From positions 682,001 through 746,000 of the forward strand of contig MU054391.1 of the NCBI GenBank assembly GCA_013239625.1: a stretch of 64,000 bases of DNA, read 5' to 3'. The notes under the pieces are model-generated. The model saw only the letters and a list, made by a program, of their open reading frames with translations. It did no database searches and had not been told where the DNA came from. Shown piece by piece: positions 24,230 to 36,185 of the stretch. Position numbers and translations under genes: made by a program. The DNA is from Lama guanicoe (taxonomy: Eukaryota). Every line of letters begins with the position of its first letter. The first letter of the stretch is position 1.

Positions 24230-26050
24230 CGCTGTGGAGCCTCCCCGGGCCCCGCCCCCGAACCTCGGCCTGTCCCTTTTCCCGCCTCCCGTCGAGAATA
24301 GCAGGTCACACATGAGTATGGCAGACGCGCACCCAGGGGCCCAGCCCGGTAACGCTGCTGCGGCTTTGCGCGATGGGGCCGGGGGAGGGGCGGGGTCCCT
24401 GGCCCAGGTTATGCCGCCCGCACTTCCGCCCGCCGCCTGCAGAGGGGCTGGCGGGCACCTCTCCCTCCCCAGCGCCATGGCCTCTACCTTGGCCCCCAAG
24501 ACACATCCCAGAGTTTCTCCCTTTCTCCTCCACAACTTGAGTGCCAGGGGAGGGCCTCGCCCGTGATGCTCGGGCCACGCCAGGAGCCTGAGCCCCTGCC
24601 CACTTCAAAGCGTGGGGCAGACCCTCTGATACTGGTAGACTTTGAAAGTCTTGCGTTCAGATATGACGTGTGAACGGAGACCTCCTTTTTCTTTTGGTTC
24701 CAAGCACTTTTCTTTTAAAATTACACTTAAATGCAAACAAATAAGTGAAAAAGAATTATAAAAGTACCCTTAACGTGATACAAAAAAGACGTTTCATTCT
24801 GACGATTCGGACAACTTTTAGGAATGCACGAGGCCTCAGCCATTCTGCAGATAAAACTCCAAGCTGTGTCTCTAGGGCGCCCCGGGCCGACAGAACAGCC
24901 GGGGAACTGTGTGGTCAGGGCCAGCAGGGGGACGCGGGGGTGTGGGGCAGCGGGGTTTCACCAGCGCCGTGACGCCCGGTGACCCTACTGGCCGGAGCGC
25001 AGGCTGCGTTTCGTCAAGCCCACTGGGGTGGTGTGCTTCCTGCACAACCCGGTGATAGACGGTGTTTGCTAGTCGGTTTAGATTTTGACTGAGGGGCTCA
25101 CACGCCTGCGGTCAGCCTTGGGTCCCCACAGTGTGCACGTGTGAACCCCCTTCTGTCCGTCCCCCAGCTCAGGCCCCCAGGGTGCCCTTGGAGGGTGGCC
25201 ACTGCCCAGGTCGGTGCTGGACCGCAGGGCTCTGGGCAGCGGCCCGGGCAGAGCCGGGCTGGGCCCCGCCCTCTCCGGCCCCGCCCTCTCCAGGCCCCGC
25301 CCCCTCCGGGCCCCGCCCACGGGACACTCCAGGTTCTGGTCTGGCTGTCTGCGCAGGCTGGTGGGGGCGGGACGCCCGCTCTGCTGTCATGCTGCATGCA
25401 GGTTGCAGGTTTCGCTTTCCGATCATGCAGCCTACGAATCTCGGCCTCGGATTCATTCGTGCGGATCATGCCTCCTGGGCCGGGGAAGCTAACTCGGACC
25501 CCTTGGCGCCACACTGACCGCTGCCCTCTGCCCGGCGGCCCAGGTGCGTCCAGGAACAAGCTCCGGCCCCGGGCGGCCCCACGTACCTAGCACATCCTGG
25601 CGTCCCATAATAACGGGGTGTGTCCATGGGGAACTGCTGCCGGAGCACATGCACGTCCAGCAGCAGTGGAGCGGCTGCACAGAGGCTGGGGCAGCCGCGC
25701 TCAGAATTGGGATGGACTCGAGGACCCATGCAAAGAAAACATACAAAAGGTGACTGTTGGAGAAGCCGCCCTTCCACCCCGCCGTCCACACAGCAGTGGG
25801 GCCGCCGCGTTCGCCGCCGCTGGGACGCGGCCGGGGCTTCACGTTCCGCATGCAGGGGCGGGGGCGGACGCGGGCCGGGCCGCACAGGGTACTCACCTTC
25901 CGCCGCTGGCACGGGCGCTAAGGCAGGGCCGCCACTCGCAAGGAGTGGACCACGGGCCGTTAGAGACTCGTCTGCCCGCGGGGCAGGGGACTCCTGGCCA
26001 GGGAGCAGGATCCGGACGGATGGGGGTCACCTCTACCGCCCCAATGTCTT
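24230..26050. promoter_or_regulatory. Intronic CpG-rich regulatory region (two islands, about 24230-24600 and 25200-26050) with clustered GC boxes
   Basis: High CpG; four tandem ggccccgccc units at 25261-25320; CCAAT next to a GC box at 26036-26045. Confidence 0.6.
25897..25917 (-). CDS. MYT1L: Candidate 21-nt in-frame microexon of MYT1L (K becomes NARASGGR); an upstream acceptor at 25971 would give a 75-nt in-frame form
   Basis: ccctgccttag|CGCCCGTGCCAGCGGCGGAAG|gtgagtac; phase 2-2 with no stop; CTAAC branch-point match about 42 nt upstream; five downstream TGCATG. Confidence 0.45.
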
Positions 26051-29000
26051 CCCACCCGTCCCCTGCCTCTCAGGGTGAGAAGGCGTTTGTGACCATGTCC
26101 AGCTGGTCTTCAGTGGTCAGAAGCTGACCCTGGGCTGGTGAGTGGGTGGTGGGCGGTTGACCCGGGAGGAGGGGCAGGAGGGGAGGGGGACGCTCTGCAG
26201 AGGCTGCTGGCTTGACCCTGCTGATCTGCCCAACCCCACCAGCCCCCTGAATGGCACTTGGGACAGGCGGGTGGCTGCAGTGTCTGGGGGCCACCCCAGG
26301 CAGGCACCCACGGCTCCCTCTGCCCCAGGCCCATCTGTCATCACCACCCACGTGTGGTTTCTCTCGTCTGAGGACCCCGAGCCCCATCTGAGGGTTACAT
26401 CACTAGGAGCAGTTCCGTGTCCTGTGTCTGCTGACCACAGGAGCAGGAGGGGAGGCTAGGCTTCCGGGAGGAGAGGAGGTTCCAGGGCTGGCAGGGGGGC
26501 ATCTCCCTTTAAGCTGAAATCGTGTGCTTTCAGTGCGTTTTCCACCTTTGTTTCTCATGTCTGTTTTTCCACGGTTCTCATGTTTGTGGGTCTTACATTA
26601 TCTCATCTCATCAAGAAAGTGCTTGTTACTCTAAGCAAGAGAGATTGAGACTCATGCTCCCCCTGCTACCTGGCCGCCCGGCCTCTCTGCGGGACCTCTT
26701 GTCCCGCCCCAGTCTTGCCTCCTGCCCTATCCTCTTGTTTACAGCTCTCTGGTTTTCAAATTGTTTTCAGCTTTCTCCTCTTGCAGTCTTTCTGGCACGT
26801 TCTCTCTTCCTCTGTGGAATCTGCCTTTTCCTCACCTCACATCTTGTTTTTCGGTCCAATTTTAAATTATTCACACAGTTTTGCGAAAGTTTTAGAAACA
26901 GATTCATCAGATATCCTCCCTTTAAAGGCAGGGAGAGAAACCCAAACAGGCGAGTTACATGTTCAAGGTCACACAAGGAGGGACAGCTGAGATTAGACCA
27001 AACTGTCTCCTCTTCTGCTTGTTACTCAACTGGACCCTTTAATGTCCCCTTTTCATCAGGATTCCTAGCCTATGAATCTACCGTATGGTCTAGTCCTTGT
27101 CTAGGGGAAGTTCATTTGATTTTAAAGACACCGGAGTTCATTTGCTCCTCTGCTGGCAATCTTTACTCACTGACCCAGATGGACTGCCCAGTGCCTCATA
27201 AAACCGGGGGGCGCGGAGGAGACTTGGAAAGTGGAAGGCAGTTTCTTTAGATTTCTGTATGAAGGGCACAGCCATAAGCGGGTTCTAAAAGTCACAGATG
27301 GTCCTGATGCCGCAATGATTACGACTTGGGACAAGGGAGCAGAGGGCGCGTCAGAACACCGGCAGCCAGCGTGGCCTGGATGTGGTGACCCCGAGGGCAG
27401 GTCTGGAGTCAGGAAGGTACTTCCCATGGGGAAAGCCCAGAGTCAGCGGGAATGTTCCCGGAAAAGCCAAGATGCAGAGGGCTGAGACCGGCAGGGCCAG
27501 GAGACAGAAGAGAGAGGGAGGTGGAGTCGAGCAGGAGATGATACAGGTGTGAACTTATGGCCCAAGAGGCCCAGGCCCTCCCGCATCAGCCCACGTCCAC
27601 CACAGCCGGCGGTTGGTGCGGGAGTGGACACGCAGCGGCATGTCCGCCTGTGTCCCCTGGTGGGGACCCAGTGATGCAGCGCCTGCCTTTGGCCCCATCA
27701 GAGGCCTTGACCGAAGGTCACTGACCCTGTGGAGGGGAGTGGGAGACGCCTGCCCGCCGTGGGAACATAGTGTCAGCGACATCCGTCCACTGTTTCCCAC
27801 AGCCACTCAGACAAGGGCAGGTGTCCACGCCGGGCACCTGCCAGAGGAGAAGGCCCCTTTCCTGGACTTATCTGAAGAGCAAGCTGGGAGGAGATGGAGT
27901 GAAGGAAGAAGAGAGAAGCAGCCTGAGACCAGCCCGCAGGTGGGAAAGACCAGAGGGCAGGGTGCCCAGCCCAGGACTGCAACACCCCTCTGCTGACCGC
28001 CCTCCACGGGGCCAGACTGTGGGCCCAGCAGTGGGACTCCCACAGGTCCCAAGGCCTGGAGTCTGCACCCATCTTCTAGGATAGGCGGGAACAGGGTGCT
28101 CCATGTGTCTCAAGGGTGACAGGGCACAGGGAGTCCAGCCAGGTCACTTGGGGAAAAGAACAAAGCCCTTGGAAACACCGTGCTTGGCAGAGACTCAAGG
28201 AAACAGCCTGCCCTAAGATGCCGGAAAGGCTTTGTGAGCAGGACGGACCTCTTCATCTAAACTTCCAGGAAGAGCTTTCTCATGGGGCCGCTGACAGAGG
28301 ACAGATGGCACAGGTGCCCCTGGGGACTGGGTGTGACCACACGGCACACTGGGCCGTGCCTGCCAGCGACCTCCCTGGGGGCCTCCAGGGCTGAGCCCAG
28401 GTTTTGTCCCAGCCTGGGGTGGTCCACAGGAGGCCTCGTGTGTCCCCTCCCCGGGGAAGCCAGGACACCTGTGCAGGGCTTTCCAGGAGCCACTGCCTCT
28501 CTCCAGGCGCTGGGACTCCCACTGGGAGGCCCTTGTCCAAGCCCCCAGGAGGCCCCCGCCTGGAGTCCCCCTGCCACGGAGCAGGGCGCTGACCTCCCAC
28601 TCGCGGCTCTCGCAGGTCCGAGTGTAGGAGCACGGGGCCGAGCGGGGACCTCGGCGGCACCTCCTCCTGGAGCCCCGCGTCTGTCTGTGCCTCGGACACC
28701 GGGCCTGGTTTCTCCCCCGGCCGGACCTCCGCAGCCCGTAACAGGGCGGTTCTTGTGCTTCTCAGTTTTGTGACTGGTGAACTAGGTGCGGGATTCGCAG
28801 AGCCGGTGCAGGGGCCTCGGTGCGGGCTGGGGGCACGGGCGTGCCTGTCCTGAACGTCCCTCCTCTCAGCTGCGTCTCAGTCCCAGGGCGACTGCTTAGC
28901 CATGTCCCAGAAAGCCAGCGTGTCCCCCATTTCAGCGCTGGCTTTCTCTCCAGCCGGAGCTGGGGAGCTGCACTTCCCTCTCTGGTGTGTGGGCCCGGGC

Positions 29001-32000
29001 ACTGGTCCAGGGTGGGACCAGCATGCTGACCAGCTGGGCGGTGACACCGACAGGTCCCAGGTCGTGAGCACCTCTGTGCGCCCAGCTGGGCGAGGTCGGG
29101 GTTGTCTGCCCGAGGTGAGGTTAGCGCGGCACCAGGCCCCGCGGCCCATCTCCCCAGCCCTGGCCGAGGTCCAGCTCCAGGGCAGAGGAGTGCGGGGAGC
29201 GGCCATGGGCTGGACCACACACAGCACGAGACTGGACATCCTGTCACCTGTCTCAGCTGCAGAAGCCACAGAACAGGATGAATGGTGCCCGCACTCAGGA
29301 CCCTTGTCGGGGCAAGGAACCAACACAACCCAGCTCTGCGTTTTCAGGAGGCGGTCCCGCTACAGAGACCCCGCGCTTCGGGGAGGGGGCTAGCCTGCCG
29401 CCCCGCTGCTCAGAGGGCGGGTCACAGGCCCAGTTACACTTCCGTGCAGGCCGGTTGGTGGGAACAGCTACTCGCATTGACCCCTCACATCCAAGGCCAC
29501 CAGAGCAGCCAGGAAGGCCTCGAACGCAGCAGGGGACAGCCCAGCTGCTGACCCACACTCCACAAGAGTCCCGGGTGCTGGACTCTGCTGCCCTCACCCA
29601 ACCTCCGGGACGAAACAGGCGCAGAGGAGCCCAGGACGGGTCCCAGGCTGGGCTCGATGCCGGCTGCTGGCTCGAGGGCCGGGGGTTTAACCTGTGGGTC
29701 CCCTGCTGGGGATGTGCCCATGGAACCATCGCAGCAGGTACAGACGGGAAGGTGAGACAAGAAACAGGGGGGGGGGGGGCTGCTGGGGGAAAAGGGGGGG
29801 GGTGCAGCTTGGAGGAAGCCTGGGGGGCAGACCGGGGTCCCCACGGTGGAGAAGCCCCTGTGAGGACAATGGAAGGAGTTGGAGTGAAGGGGGATATGAA
29901 GCCCGAGTGGGGAGACAGGGCAGTTGGGACCTTGGCGGGGGACAGTGCAGTCCCAGGCGGGGAGAGGAAGGGACTGCTCACAGCAGGCAAAGCGGCACAA
30001 AGAACGCGTCTCCCAGGCCCAGTCACCGGCCGAGAGGGAGGTGCGGGCGCAGGTGCCTGCCTCCAGCCCCAGGCAAGCTGGGCCCGTGCGGGCAGCGGCC
30101 CTGGAGGGCCACACACAACCACCGGCTGCGTGCCGTCTGGAGGCCCCTCTGCCTCAGCTCCCAACAGTCTCGGTGCCTGAAACGCACCTTCCCTTCCGAT
30201 CACGGGGTTTGGCTCAGACACGTCAGGTCTTCCTGTGCTCAGGTCACCAGTGGGGACAGGCGTCCCTGCCCTCGGGTGTTGCATTCTGCCCACAGAGGGC
30301 CCCGCGTGGCCCCTGGCTGTCCTGGGAGCAGGCCTGAGGCCGCAGGGGTTTCCGAGTGTGGTTCTGCTCACGCCAAGGACGCCTGCAGAGCCGGGTGGGG
30401 TGGGGTTCAGAGGCAGGTCACTCGTGGGGGGACAGACCCACCATCCAGGTCACCTTGACACACTACCCACCCGTCTCCCTTGTTATGAGTGTGGGAAACT
30501 TCCAAATAAAAACGCGTAATGGAGTCTGCTGATTGTGGAAAAAGTAAATATTAACAATATCTCTCTTTGTCAATGGAAAGTAGCTTTGGATCTGATTTTT
30601 AAGAAAATCATTTCCAAACGTGGCTGTGCCAGAGAATGCTGCAACGGAACGCCACCTGCCTGACACCAAAGGTGGGACTCGTGGAACCCAATCGCATCTA
30701 AAGACGATCTTCGTTAAGTAAGCTAGAAAGGAAGAATAGGAATCATTTCCTGGAAAAAGGAAGGAAGGAGAGAGAGAGAGAGAGAAAGGAGGGGCCCTTG
30801 CCGACTGGGAACTGTCAGAGGACGAGAGGGGTGTAGGGAGCTTTAGCGTTCACGTTTCACCAGCAGTCGTGCGGGAAGTCTTGGCAGGCGCAGGGCAGGG
30901 TCACCAGGCTGGAAGGAAGGCCCCTTGGGGTCCTGCAGGGCGGGGAGGACATTCTGCCCGGCTCCGGCTCCCCGCAGCACTGCAGGGCCGCCTGCCACTG
31001 GGAGGCACCGCAGGACTGGAGTGAGATGCTACGGCAACCGCCTCCCTCAGTCATCCCTGTGGTGCTGCTGGTTCTGCGACGCCCAGGGGACTGTGAAAGC
31101 CTGGCTCTGAGTCGCGGGGAGCTGAGTGGGTGTCTGCCTGACGCGAGGGTGGTCAGGGTTCCCGGGGAGGCAGGGAAGGCTTTTGAGCAGGGAGGGCGAG
31201 GCTCAGTGCGATCAGTCTCTTGCCTGGACGGCCTGCAGATCTTCACCCAGCATGGCCCCAAGACCCCGGAGAGCCGCAGGGCCACCGGGAGAGCCGAGTC
31301 ACCATGACTCACAGCCCAGCCAGCACATCTGTGTCCCAGGATGTCGACCAGAAGCCCGTGCTGCTGGGAGCCTTCCTCCCCGTGCGAGCACAGGCGGGGC
31401 ACAAGGACCGCCCGCCATGGAGAGACTGCGCAGGGATGGGGGAGGCCCTCTGCTCTGCACAGGGGAGGACCGTGGGGCCCCGGCCTCCGGCCTGTGTTCC
31501 ACAGAGGGGACCCGCGTTTCCCTGGGCGGGAATGTTCCCTCCTCCGTTAGCCATCCCTAGACGTTCACCATGGTGACCTCCTACCTAGTTCCAGAGGTAA
31601 ACGGGTAGAGGCTCAGAAAAAGCCAAGTGACAAGCCGAGGCCGCTCACAAGTAGCCGGGGTGTGGCTAACTCGCGTGAGCCTGGGCGTGGGTCTGCCGCG
31701 TGCCACTCCGGGCACTTTCACACTTACAGCGGGAAAAGGCTATCGCCCTAAAAGCTGTCTACACTTAAAGGACGTTAAAAATACATGAACGTCATCTTTG
31801 CTTGTTGTGCTGCCGTCAGGGGCTGTGCGCCAGCCTCACGCCTCTGGGCTCCGGGGTCGTGCACGGCGGCCGCTCCTCTCCACCTGCCTGGGGTGCCCGC
31901 TCTCCCAGAGGCTGCTGGAAGTACTGCACCCCAATAATAAGACCTTCCTCACAGAGGCTGCTCACTGACGTCGCGTCCCATCCAGGGAAGACGGCCTACC

Positions 32001-33499
32001 TTGCTGAGCGGTGCTGAGAACGCCAGGCAGTCACGCTCTGTCGCCCCTCCTAGCCGCTTCTTCCCTGGGACCGGTCTTTCTGGACACCCTCAGCTCTACT
32101 CTCCCTGTTGCACGAGGGCCCCGGAGAGGTTGGGGCCCTCCCCGAGCCTCCGCAGTAGCACAGTGTCCTGCTCCGGGGGGCGGAGGGCTGCTGGGCAGCA
32201 GTGTCCCCGAACCTCACCTCTGTGGCCTGCGTCTCTTCAGCTGCCTTCGGACCAGATGAGCCCACTTTGCAGAAGGAAATGAATGTCCAGGACTCAGACG
32301 CCGGGCAGACTGGGCTGGGACCAGTCCACAGTCACCTCTGAATCTCCCTGCTCTGGCGAGACTCTGGGAGGGGCAGTTTGTGCGATTTTTATGTGATTTA
32401 TATGTTGCGATTGTGCAATTTACCGGCGCCTACGGCACACTGGGAACGTTAGTGCACATTTGCCCCTCTGGGTGTGGACGATGGGGCTGGACCCTGCCTG
32501 GAAGAGCAGCTTTGACACTTCCACTGAAGGGCAATGCTCAGGTTTTGGAGTGGCGTGGGATGGAGCTGATTTCTGTTGGTGGAGTAGTTTGTGTGTGTGG
32601 AGGCCTGTTCCCTCCAGCCAACGGCCCAGGTGGGGATGGCCGTCCCCTCTCCACCAGCCTCACTGCCCCCTCCCCCCGGCCCTTGCCCCTGCAACAGCTC
32701 TTTGTTGGAGAAAGGGACGCCTTCGGCATTTTGCTCGCATCACAAAGTCCGCACAGAAGGACGAGGAAAGGGCAGGAAGTGGATGTCAGATGGAGCCTCC
32801 AGACGGGGAGTTACTGAGTCTAAGGTGGTCCGTTATTAACTCCGCAGCCCTCCTTGGCTTCTGGAATCAGTTGACGTGCCTCCAGAAGTGTGTAACTAAG
32901 CCGCACCCAAAAGTCATTCTTCTGATGAACTGAAAACCACGTGACGTAGAATCTCAATGGAATCGTCAACTCTTCTCAGGCAACTTCCTTAAACCTGAAG
33001 GCCGACCCCCTTAGAGCGAGTTGGAAATCTCCACATGCCCAGATGGAGAGTCTGCTGAGAGCTGCGGGGGGCGCTGGCCGAGCCAACGGGAGGCCCTCTG
33101 AATCCTGTCTGCCGGCTACATCGCTTTGCGGTTCCAGGGACGCCCTCAGCGCCCCGGCCCCTCGGGTCCCAGTTCGTGGAGGGAGGGCCACCCCTCCTCT
33201 GCTGAGCTCGGCCGCACCAGCCCTGCCCCGGCACCCAGACACAGCAAAAGTCCTGGGGGTGGGGGATGTTACTGTCACTTCTTCTAGTTAAGAAAACTGA
33301 ATTTGAGGAGTTTAATGGACTCACTAAAGGCCATGCAGCTAGAAAGGGTGAAGGGTCTGAACTGACGTTCTGTGACTCCAGACCCTGCGGCCCTCCTCCT
33401 CCCCCTTCCCCGGTCCAGCCGCCCTGCCGGCCTCGCACCCTAAGGCAGCCCCGTTCCGTGGGGTCTGCCGTCAGCATCTCAGTGCCAGAGACCAAGAAG

Positions 33500-34100
33500 G
33501 CTGAGAGGGTTGACCGTGGAGGGAATGACCGCAGAGAGCTGGGCCGGAGAGCACAAGTGCTGCCACGAAGTCAGAGAGGACTTCGATTTTAGCCAGGACA
33601 GTCGTCACCGATACCGGGAAGTCGACAGCAGAGGCTCCCTGGAGCTGAGGTGAAGGCCATGTCCCAGACAGAAGATCAGGAAGAATCAGAGCGGGTTTTG
33701 CACGAGATGCAGGATTTGTGGAGAACATGCAGCCCCACCCACGACGCACCGTGAGGGAAAACCAGCCCGGAGATGCCGCACAGCCTTGTGTGGCAGGCAG
33801 CCAGGAGCATGGAACTAGGACAGCTGTCATGTGATCGCCTGCGGAAGAGACCGCGGGGCCTGTCGGGGGCCTGGTCTGGCTCCGAGCTCTAGGGGCAGGA
33901 AGAAGACGCGGGGTTCCTCAACACCTCCAGCACGTTCTCACCCACCACAAAGCACAGGGAATGAGATGCCTGTTCCACCACGTTCTCATCTTAAATCACG
34001 TGTCATCCAGAACAGGCAAGAGAACTGGCGCACGTATTCCAGGCAGATTGAAAAATGAAGAAATGACAGAGAAAAAGATGATCAAAATATGCCAGCTGGG
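33500..34100 (+). mobile_element. Highly degenerate old L1 (L1M/L1ME-like) fragments
   Basis: cagacagaagatcaggaag...agaacatgcagccccacccacgac resembles the L1 ORF2 endonuclease region; aatgagatgcc...ccacc resembles late ORF2. Confidence 0.35.
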
Positions 34101-34559
34101 AAGAGGCTTTAGAATCCAGAGAGCGGGGAGAGGAGAGTGAAGTCAGTAAGAGGGAGTTAGGTCTGACGCGAGCTTGATGGGCTGGCGGACATCTTTATTT
34201 CATGATTTTAAACCTGATTTGCAAGTCTGAGACGAGCATTTTAAAATAATACTGTGTTAGACAAGAGAGAGAAAAAGACATATTAGGAGAGTGGAATCCT
34301 TTCATCACTGAAATATTTTGATCTTGGCTGTTGGACTTTCACGCATAAGAAGCTTCGTTTCATTTGTTGTTGGAACTGGGTCAGACTTTGGGTGTTGATT
34401 ATCTTTGTCTTTGTCCCCGACCTCCGCCCGCCCCTGACCCAGCCAGCCTCCCATCTGCCGAAGCCCCTGGGCCCGACGCGCCGGGCCATCTCGGGCCGTT
34501 CTGTCTGTCTGGTCTCGGACCTCAGTCCCTCGTTGGGAAGCCCGTCTTGCTGACTCAGG

Positions 34560-34735
34560 GAGTCAGTGCCGTTCTGAGCACATTACACACACGAGTCCCT
34601 TTCATCCTTACAGTGCACTGCCAAGTGGGCGTGGCATGGCCTGCTTCAGGGAGGGGATCAGAGATGTCGCACACCTTCAAAAGGTTGCCCAGCTGTAGGC
34701 GGCAGGGCCAGGGTGTGCAGCCAGGCAGTCTGCAT
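34560..34735 (-). mobile_element. MIR SINE remnant
   Basis: gtgccgttctgagcacattacac...tcatccttacag...aaggttgcccagct...ggcagggccaggg...ccaggcagtctg is the reverse MIR layout. Confidence 0.6.
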
Positions 34736-36039
34736 GGGGGTCCTCGCTGTTCCGCTGCTGACCCTGGAGGAGTGGGTACAGAGCTCATCCGGACCGCCGA
34801 GAGGTGGGGAGAGGTCACCTCCCAACACTACTGTCTGTCTTCTGTCTCTGAAAACCCGCAGATCTGTAAAAGCCTTTGGGGGGTGGGGGTCCTTATTCAT
34901 GCAGTTGAAATATCCTGACAAGATTTTTAAAAGAATTTTCCAAGGAAAGCAAGTGGTAGACAGATCTCAAATACTCACTAGGAAACAGTAAACAAAATTT
35001 TAAATAGTTTCTACTTAACCTAAAAACCAGCTTCACTTCATGTCCCTGAGGAAATAAGAGCCAGAGACAGGCATTTTCAAGGGTGAAAAATCTCATCATG
35101 ACATGAAATGCAAAAAGAGCAGAAATTCCTTAGAGAGAAAGCAAAGACCCCAAGACGTACAGAGAGAAGCACGACCACGTCTCTGCAGGGCTGTTCCTGC
35201 AGGAAGGCGTGACTGAGCCGAAACAGGGCTTCCCTGGGAAAGGCCAGAACTAATCAGAATGCCTGAAAGTTCAATTACATTCTCTAAGGGTGCGTCCAGG
35301 GCCCAGTGTGAGCTAGCACTGTCCTGGGCACTGTGCAAACAGCAGTGAACAAACCTGCCCCCAGCCCTGCCCCCGACCCCCTCCAGCGGGTTCCGAGGAA
35401 GTCCTGAACCCATGCGTGGGGGCCCAGCTAAGTCAGGGAGCTGAACGGAAAACACCACACGTTTAGTTTACAACAAACAAAAGCGGAAAGTCCAGCAAAT
35501 AGACGCCAACCTCCTTGGGAGGGAATGCATCTGGAGGCGGCGCACACCCACAGCATTTGGCCTGACGGTGAACTAGCCGAGAATCTCAGGAGGCCAGAAA
35601 CAGCAGGTGCTGGTGTGCGCGCTTAGCACGCTCGGCGAGACAGAGAGACGACCAGGCCCTGCTGTGCCGCCCCGGGAGCCGCAGCAACACCTGTAACGGC
35701 CTGTAGTGGAAAAGAACGCGGAGGAGGACACGTGCGCGTGTGACTGAGCCGCTGTGCTGTGCTCCGGACGCTAGCACAGCTTTGTGAACCGACTCTGCTT
35801 CAATAAATAAAACCTCTCAATCTAAGAAACATCACAGGTGCTGGAGGGGGGTGGCCAGTGCTGGCAGAGGCTGTCGGAGTGGACGGGGGTCCACAGGAAG
35901 AGAGCAGCAACGGGCAGGCTGTCAAGTCAGGAGGGAGGAGGTGGAGACAGAGGAGGCGCAGGCCTGCCGCCGGATCCCGGGAGGTGCCCCCGGTTCCCCA
36001 CGCCTCTCGTCTCCTTCCACTAACAGCCCAGGTCTTCGT

Positions 36040-36185
36040 NNNNNNNNNNNNNNNNNNNNNNNNNNNNNNNNNNNNNNNNNNNNNNNNNNNNNNNNNNNNN
36101 NNNNNNNNNNNNNNNNNNNNNNNNNNNNNNNNNNNNNNNNNNNNNNNNNNNNNNNNNNNNNNNNNNNNNNNNNNNNNNNNNNNNN
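36040..36185. other. Assembly gap (146 N)
   Basis: Run of N. Confidence 1.

Noticed and set aside
29278-30458. Overlapping long ORFs (300, 358 and 254 aa) and similar ones elsewhere, e.g. 3237-4142 and 15583-16473
   Set aside because: Pro/Gly/Arg/Ala-rich, open in several frames on both strands, with no recognisable domain; expected from stop-codon scarcity in GC-rich intron
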